A stretch of DNA of 64,000 nt, taken from positions 1-64,000 of the forward strand of contig CAVRGP010000008.1 of assembly GCA_963720755.1 (NCBI GenBank). The letters run 5' to 3'. A model generated the notes under the pieces. It did not search any database and was not told the origin of the DNA. It saw only the letters and a list, made by a program, of their open reading frames with translations. Below, in pieces: positions 58,500-64,000 of the stretch. Source of the stretch: an uncultured Chloroflexia bacterium (GTDB lineage Bacteria > Chloroflexota > Limnocylindria > Limnocylindrales > CSP1-4). The position numbers and the translations under genes are program-made. Every line of letters begins with the position of its first letter. The first letter of the stretch is position 1.

Positions 58500-58829
58500 T
58501 CAGGCCGCGGACGCGCCACCCTTGACCACGATGCCCGGAACCCGGTACTGGGCGGGCAGGGCCGCTGCCTCCGCCTCCGTGTAGCCGGGGCCGCGTAGCG
58601 AGCCGTCGGGCTCGAAGAAGTCCGCGTAGCGCGCCCGGTTCGCGTCCGCATACACGTACGCCGCGGCGACCCCGAGAACGCGCAGTTCCGGATGGTCCTT
58701 GAGGATGTTGACCAGGTCGTAGCCGTTCGACCGTAGCTCGAGCAACTGCCGGACGGTTAGGCGCGATCCATAGCAGAACGGTTCGCCGTTGAGGACGAGC
58801 GGATCCTGCTGGACCCATTTGATGGTCAT
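58500..58829 (-). CDS. DUF433 family protein
   Basis: VLNGEPFCYGSRLTVRQLL...ILKDHPEL. Confidence 0.75.
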   Translation of the reverse strand: MTIKWVQQDPLVLNGEPFCYGSRLTVRQLLELRSNGYDLVNILKDHPELRVLGVAAAYVYADANRARYADFFEPDGSLRGPGYTEAEAAALPAQYRVPGIVVKGGASAA

Positions 58830-58832
58830 GGA

Positions 58833-59315
58833 TCAGGCGCCCTTGTAGAGCAGCTGCAGGAAGGCATTCTTGCGGCGCGCGTCGCCGGCGATCCGCCGGT
58901 GCCAGCGATAGGCCGCGATGGCCGCGTCGAGGGCTTCGGAAGCGGCGTCCATCTCGGGCGGGGCAAGCACGGTCGGCATGGCCGCTCGGAGGCCCTCGCA
59001 CAGGGCGATCACGTCGTCCATCGGGGTCTGGCGCCGGCGATAGACGACAGCGGTCCACTCGGCATAATCGTGCGCCGGCCGTGGGTCGCCGATCGAGATG
59101 CACAGGGCGACCCGTTCGGCAAGGAGCTCGGCGTCGCGCAGGAGGTGACGCAGGCCGGCTTCGTCGTATCGAGCCCCGATCGTCGTGTCGGCGTCCATCG
59201 CGAAGGCCAGGGCACGACCGGCAAGGCGGGGGATGTCCTGGCGGAGGCGCGTGGCGGCCGCCGGATATCCAGCGGTTTGGTCGGGTGGCGGAAGGCCAAG
59301 ACTGGGGTGGCTCAC
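58833..59315 (-). CDS. All-helical globin/phycobiliprotein-like fold protein
   Basis: LLRDAELLAERVALCISIGD...YAEW...YRRRQTP resembles the globin-like helix pattern of phycobiliproteins. Confidence 0.5.
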   Translation of the reverse strand: MSHPSLGLPPPDQTAGYPAAATRLRQDIPRLAGRALAFAMDADTTIGARYDEAGLRHLLRDAELLAERVALCISIGDPRPAHDYAEWTAVVYRRRQTPMDDVIALCEGLRAAMPTVLAPPEMDAASEALDAAIAAYRWHRRIAGDARRKNAFLQLLYKGA

Positions 59316-59404
59316 GATGGCTGGAGTCTAGCGTGGAGACCGGGGCCCTGCCACGCGCCGTGGTACCGGGGCCGTCAGGTCCCATCGGCGGCTACGATGG
59401 CCGC

Positions 59405-59932
59405 ATGAGCGATCCGACGCCAGCGCCCGGTTCGTCCGAGCCCGGGACCGGACAGGTCCCGGTGAGTCCTGGGGAGCGGCGCCTCGCCCGGCCGCCGTCC
59501 GACCGGTATCGTGCGGCCGAGGCGCGGGCCGCCGCAGCCGCGGCCATGACCCCGGATCCGAGGGCCTCGCTCGCTCGTGGCATCTCGCTCGCCCTCGTCG
59601 CAGCGCTCCTCGGCGCGGGCGCGATCGTCATCGTGGGCGGCGTCATGGCCTGGACGAACGGTCTGCTGGCGATCGCCGGGCTGACCGGGCTGGCGATCGG
59701 GGCGGGCCTTGCCTTCGGTGCGTCGGACCACCTGATGGGTCGGCGGCGGGTCCTCCTCGCGATCGGCCTGGCGCTCGGAGCGGTCGCCCTCGGCCAGCTC
59801 GGTCTGTGGCAGTTCGGGCGCTCCGAAGGCGGGGTCCTCTCGCTCATCGACTACCTCGCCCAGGTGTACGGTCTGCTCGTCGTTGCCGAATTCGTCGCCG
59901 CAGCGACCATCGCAGGCGTCGCGGCACGATGA
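59405..59932 (+). CDS. Hypothetical membrane protein
   Basis: About four TM helices after RRLARPPSDRY. Confidence 0.65.
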   Translation: MSDPTPAPGSSEPGTGQVPVSPGERRLARPPSDRYRAAEARAAAAAAMTPDPRASLARGISLALVAALLGAGAIVIVGGVMAWTNGLLAIAGLTGLAIGAGLAFGASDHLMGRRRVLLAIGLALGAVALGQLGLWQFGRSEGGVLSLIDYLAQVYGLLVVAEFVAAATIAGVAAR

Positions 59933-60435
59933 CCGGCCGGCCCACGACCGATCGGCTCCGGTTCCGACGACCGACCGAGGCCGATCACACCCGCCTCGTC
60001 GGGCAGGTCGACGAATGGTGGGGTGGCCGCAGGATCCACCCATTGCTCCCCCGCCTGTGGTTCCAGCACTTCACCGGGACGTCCTGGCTGGCCGAGGACG
60101 ACACAGGGCGACCGGTCGGGTTCCTGATCGGCTTCATCAGCCCGGACGATCCCGCCCAGGCCTATGTCCACATGGTCGGGACCAGCCCCAATCACCGCCG
60201 GTCCGGGCTTGGCCGCGAACTGTACGAGCGCTTCTTCGGCGACGCCGCAGGCCGCGGGGCACGTCGGGTGACCGCGATCACCTGGCCCGGCAACCAGGGC
60301 TCGGTCGCATTCCATCGCGCCCTGGGGTTCACGATCGTGGATGAGCCCGGGACGCAGAATCTGTACGGCAATCGAGCCATACCCGACTACGACGCCGATG
60401 GCGACGACCGGGTCGTGTTCAGCCGGGGACTGTGA
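59929..60435 (+). CDS. GNAT acetyltransferase
   Basis: DEWWGGR, HRRSGLGRELY, NQGSVAFHRALGF. Confidence 0.88.
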   Translation: MTGRPTTDRLRFRRPTEADHTRLVGQVDEWWGGRRIHPLLPRLWFQHFTGTSWLAEDDTGRPVGFLIGFISPDDPAQAYVHMVGTSPNHRRSGLGRELYERFFGDAAGRGARRVTAITWPGNQGSVAFHRALGFTIVDEPGTQNLYGNRAIPDYDADGDDRVVFSRGL

Positions 60436-61696
60436 CCGCCGCGGGGGTCAGTTGCTCGTGGAGCAGGCGTCCGAACCGCTCGGCCCGGGCAGACTCCGGG
60501 ACGGACGCCAGCCATCGGTCCAGGAGCGCCTCGCCCTCCGCATAGACGAAGACGTACGTCCGCCACAGCGGGTGCTCGATGAACCCCAGCCGCTTGGCGG
60601 CGAGCGCCGGATCGGCGCGACCGACCTCGATCAGGAACGACAGGACCTCGTCGTGGGACGAGCCGTCGGCGTGACGACGGATCGCGGCATCGCCGGCGAT
60701 CGTCCCGAGCGTGGCGCGAGGTGGACCGATCGCGACGGCCAGTTCGGCGGCGTCGCGACAGGCGACCGGGTCGCTCGCGAACGGCAGACCGGCTCGCTCG
60801 AACAGTTCGACCAACAGGTCGGCTCGCTCCGAGGGCGGTGACACGAACCGGACGCCAAGGTCGGCGAGGCCTTCGCTGATCAGGCATTCGGGAGTGTTGA
60901 TGAGCAGGATGGACGACTCGAGGCGGGCCTGGCGGTCGACCAGGTCCGCCTCCTTCCAGGCGTGCTCGAGGTGGTGTCCCGGGTAGGCCTCGTGGGCGAC
61001 CAACCCGACCAGGGCGGGGACGCGGACCGGGAGGTCCGTGTTGATATCGACCCGGGACCGGCGGCCGCCGTCGTACCAGTTGTACGCGCTCCAGGGCTGG
61101 CCGGTCACGCGACTCACCCGGAGGTGCTCCCCGTCCGGCAGCCCGAACCGTCCGGCCGCGGTCGTCCTGAACCGTGCGACCAGCCACTCGACGGTCGCGA
61201 CGAGCCGATCCGTCGGGATCTCGAATCGCGCGTCCCAGGCCGCCAGGCGAACCGCCAGCGGTGCGGAGCCGGGAAGCAGGGCGTCGACGTCCGCGGCTGC
61301 CGCCTCGAAGATCGCGGGGTCATGGCGAGCCGGCCGGTAGGCGAAGCAGCGCTCCACGTGGTCGAGGTATGGCAGCGGCTCACCGGCGAGGGCGGCGGCC
61401 TGCGTCTCGAGGGCGATCAGCTGCACGTCCAGCCACGACCGTCGATCGGGCTCGGTGACGTCGGTGGTGAGCCGGGCGCGCAACGCGGTCGCATCGTCGC
61501 GCAGCCGAGCCGGCGACGGTAGCGGCTCCATGTCGACCCGCGCCTTGAGGTCGGCCGGGCCGAAATAGCCGTCGACCAGACCCGGGATGTGCTGGTCGAG
61601 GCGGAGGGCCAGGAGGAGGTAGTCGCGGGCCACGGGATCCGGCGCCGGGACCGTTCGCGTACCCCCGATCGCCGGGACGTGCCCGTCACCGGTCAT
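60419..61696 (-). CDS. DUF885-like putative metallopeptidase
   Basis: AHEAYPGHH and SEG motifs. Confidence 0.75.
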   Translation of the reverse strand: MTGDGHVPAIGGTRTVPAPDPVARDYLLLALRLDQHIPGLVDGYFGPADLKARVDMEPLPSPARLRDDATALRARLTTDVTEPDRRSWLDVQLIALETQAAALAGEPLPYLDHVERCFAYRPARHDPAIFEAAAADVDALLPGSAPLAVRLAAWDARFEIPTDRLVATVEWLVARFRTTAAGRFGLPDGEHLRVSRVTGQPWSAYNWYDGGRRSRVDINTDLPVRVPALVGLVAHEAYPGHHLEHAWKEADLVDRQARLESSILLINTPECLISEGLADLGVRFVSPPSERADLLVELFERAGLPFASDPVACRDAAELAVAIGPPRATLGTIAGDAAIRRHADGSSHDEVLSFLIEVGRADPALAAKRLGFIEHPLWRTYVFVYAEGEALLDRWLASVPESARAERFGRLLHEQLTPAAVTVPG

Positions 61697-62178
61697 CGCT
61701 GCATCCGGTCCGGGCGGGGCGCTCGTGGGGCGTCGTGGTCGAGGTGGTCTTCCGCCCGGCGACGGGCCTCGGCCAGGCGCTCGGCCAGGGCCGGGTCGAC
61801 CGGCAGGCCGGCGCGGTCGGGGGCGCGGTCCGGCGACCGATCGCCGTCGACGCCGCCGGACTGACCGACGAACGGCATCCCCTGGCGCTCGACCGCGTCC
61901 AGGCTCATCCGCAGGGCGGCCGTCTTCTGCTCCGCGACCTCACGGACATAGGCCGACTCCTCGTCGGTCGTCATCGGACGACCGCGGACGATGCCCTTGG
62001 GCTTGCCGACCATCAACCATGCCAGGTGGTACCGATCCATGCTCCCCCAGGCAGTCGAGAGCAGGTCGTCCGAGCGCTGGAGCCAGACCCGCAGCGAGCC
62101 GAGCGAAGGGTCCGCACGCAACCGGTCACCTTCCTCGATGAGCTGGCGGGTCCCGGCGATCAGTTCGTCCCGGGTCAC
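61693..62178 (-). CDS. Hypothetical protein
   Basis: Translationally coupled on both sides; WGSMDRYHLAWL. Confidence 0.65.
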   Translation of the reverse strand: MTRDELIAGTRQLIEEGDRLRADPSLGSLRVWLQRSDDLLSTAWGSMDRYHLAWLMVGKPKGIVRGRPMTTDEESAYVREVAEQKTAALRMSLDAVERQGMPFVGQSGGVDGDRSPDRAPDRAGLPVDPALAERLAEARRRAEDHLDHDAPRAPRPDRMQR

Positions 62179-63104
62179 GGAGCGATCTCGGTCTGGACGA
62201 TCATGGCGTCTCGATCCGCGCGCGCTCGCATCGTCCAGGGTCCGGGCCGGCCGTCCCCGACCGGTTCCCCGGCGAACCGTGTGACCGGCAGGACACCGGC
62301 GACGCTGGACGACAGGAAGGCTTCATCAGCCGCGACCAGGTCTGCGGGAAGGAGCGATCCCTCGAACGACCGGAGCCCGACCCGGGCGCCCCAGCCGAGG
62401 AGCCACGATCGGGTCGTGCCGGGCAGGATCGCGCAGTCGAGGGACGGTGTCGCGAGTTCCTGGCCACCAGCGGTCCGTCGGACGAGGAAAAGGTTCGCCG
62501 AGGTCCCTTCCGACAGGCGCCCATCGATCGTCAGGAACAGGGCATCGTCGGCACCGGCGCGACGCGCTTCGAGCCGGGCGTAGACATAGTCGGCGCGAGA
62601 GGTCGTCTTGAGCGCGGCGAGCGGGCTGGCCGGATCGCGCCTGACCGACGAGGCGACGAGGTGGAGCCCGCGCTCGAGGTGATCTGCGGGCGGCGGTGTG
62701 ACTGGCCAGGCCTGGATGACGACGGTCGGGGCGACCACCTCCGCGGCCGGCAGCAGACCACGGGTCCGATATGGGCCGCGGGACACGGTCACTCGGACCG
62801 ACGCGTCGCCGGTCGGGCCGTCGAGGCCGGCGGCCGTGAGCAGCTCGGCGATCCCGTCCGCCAGGCGAGGGCCGATGTCGTCGGGAAGATGGATCTCCAG
62901 GCCATCAGCAGATGTGCGAAGCCGAGCGACGTGCTGATCCAGCTCGATCGAGCGTCCAGCGCGAGCCCGCAACGTCTCGAAGATCCCGTCGCCCAACTGG
63001 AAACCGCGGTCGAAGGCGGACAGGTGGGTCCCGTCCGCGGGAACGACCCGGCCGTCGACCCAGACGTGATCGGATCGGGGGCCATTCGCCTGCCGCTCAG
63101 TCAC
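62175..63104 (-). CDS. pabC: Class IV aminotransferase / 4-amino-4-deoxychorismate lyase
   Basis: DRGFQLGDGIFET, LKT, EGTSAN, ILPGTTR; coupled to pabB. Confidence 0.8.
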   Translation of the reverse strand: MTERQANGPRSDHVWVDGRVVPADGTHLSAFDRGFQLGDGIFETLRARAGRSIELDQHVARLRTSADGLEIHLPDDIGPRLADGIAELLTAAGLDGPTGDASVRVTVSRGPYRTRGLLPAAEVVAPTVVIQAWPVTPPPADHLERGLHLVASSVRRDPASPLAALKTTSRADYVYARLEARRAGADDALFLTIDGRLSEGTSANLFLVRRTAGGQELATPSLDCAILPGTTRSWLLGWGARVGLRSFEGSLLPADLVAADEAFLSSSVAGVLPVTRFAGEPVGDGRPGPWTMRARADRDAMIVQTEIAP

Positions 63105-64000
63105 GAGATCTCGACCCCACCGATCGCCTCGAGTGGCCCGCGTGCCTTGGTGACCGTCTCCTCCCATTCGGCGGCCGGGTCGCTCTTCCAGGTGATCCCG
63201 CCACCGACGTGCAGGGTCAGCCGCTCGCCATCGGCGACGAAGGTCCGGATGACGATACTCGTCTGCATCGCACCGTCGGGTCCGATCCAGCCGATGGCTC
63301 CCGTGTACGGCCCGCGTCGGACCGGCTCCATGGCCTCGAGGATCTCCATCGCCCGGATCTTGGGGGCACCGGTGATCGAGCCGCCCGGGAAGGCGGCCGC
63401 CAGCAGGTCGAAGGCGTCCCGGCCCTCGGCCAGGACCCCGGTCACGGTCGAGACCAGGTGCTGCACGGCCGCCGTCCGTTCCAGCCGGCACAGACGCGGG
63501 ACGCGGACGCTCCCCGGTCGACAGACGCGCCCGAGATCGTTGCGCAGGACGTCGACGATCATCACGTTCTCCGCTCGATCCTTGCTCGAGGCGAGCAGTT
63601 CGCGGGCGAGGGCGCGGTCAGCGGCTGCATCGCGACCGCGCGGGCGAGTGCCCTTGATCGGGTCCGCCGTGACCCGGCCCGCGGTGTCGATCGCCAGGAA
63701 TGGCTCGGGCGAGGCCGACAGCAGGGCGCGGGGCCGTCCCGTGAGCTGCCCGGGCCCAAGGTCGAGGTACGCCGAGAAGAGGGACGGGTCACCCGTTCGC
63801 AGGCGACGGTAGATCGGCCATGGGTCGCCGTCGAAGGCCGTCGCCAGGCGACGGGTCAGGTTGGCCTGATAGATGTCACCGCTGGCGATGTGCGCTCGCA
63901 CGGTCTCGACGCCCATCTCGTACGTGTCCCGGTCAAGGCTGGAGGTGAACCGGAGCGGCCCGGTCGGTCCGGGATCGACCTCCGGGTCGGGTCGGGCCGT
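63101..64000 (-). CDS. pabB: Aminodeoxychorismate synthase component I (5' end outside window)
   Basis: GDIYQAN, SPEPF, PIKGTRPR, KDRAENVMIVD, FPGGSITGAPK. Confidence 0.88.
   Translation of the reverse strand, partial: TARPDPEVDPGPTGPLRFTSSLDRDTYEMGVETVRAHIASGDIYQANLTRRLATAFDGDPWPIYRRLRTGDPSLFSAYLDLGPGQLTGRPRALLSASPEPFLAIDTAGRVTADPIKGTRPRGRDAAADRALARELLASSKDRAENVMIVDVLRNDLGRVCRPGSVRVPRLCRLERTAAVQHLVSTVTGVLAEGRDAFDLLAAAFPGGSITGAPKIRAMEILEAMEPVRRGPYTGAIGWIGPDGAMQTSIVIRTFVADGERLTLHVGGGITWKSDPAAEWEETVTKARGPLEAIGGVEIS

Overview
A gene-dense, very GC-rich bacterial chromosomal segment. Gene content and style suggest a Terrabacteria member, possibly Chloroflexota (Limnocylindria-like); that assignment is inference only. 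I found no rRNA, tRNA, CRISPR array, transposase or prophage. Main blocks, left to right: (1) the upstream end of a phenylacetate (paa) operon with a PaaR-type TetR and its operator palindrome; (2) fumC; (3) a dispersed gamma-glutamylation (GlnA4-like/SDR/ALDH) amine catabolism set; (4) purK-purE, divergent from a shikimate-kinase-like/nucleoside-hydrolase fusion plus ECF transporter; (5) a sulfur locus: Rrf2-sufC-sufS-[MarR insert]-sufU, then a tiny Cys-containing ORF, then moeZ-cysO-cysM-mec; (6) an IclR-linked corrinoid-dependent demethylation cluster (corrinoid protein, DUF1638, MeTr, RACo activator, frameshifted non-pyrrolysine MttB, MetF); (7) an operon of nucleotidyltransferase-fold protein + calcineurin-like phosphoesterase + APC permease, the best candidate for an undescribed system; (8) a PotD/AfuA-like ABC transporter with a HAD hydrolase; (9) a globin-like/DUF433/SufT/YccA group and pabC-pabB. 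Many genes have a TAnnnT hexamer 6-8 nt before the start codon, consistent with leaderless mRNAs. All product calls come from motif recognition by eye; no database searches were run.
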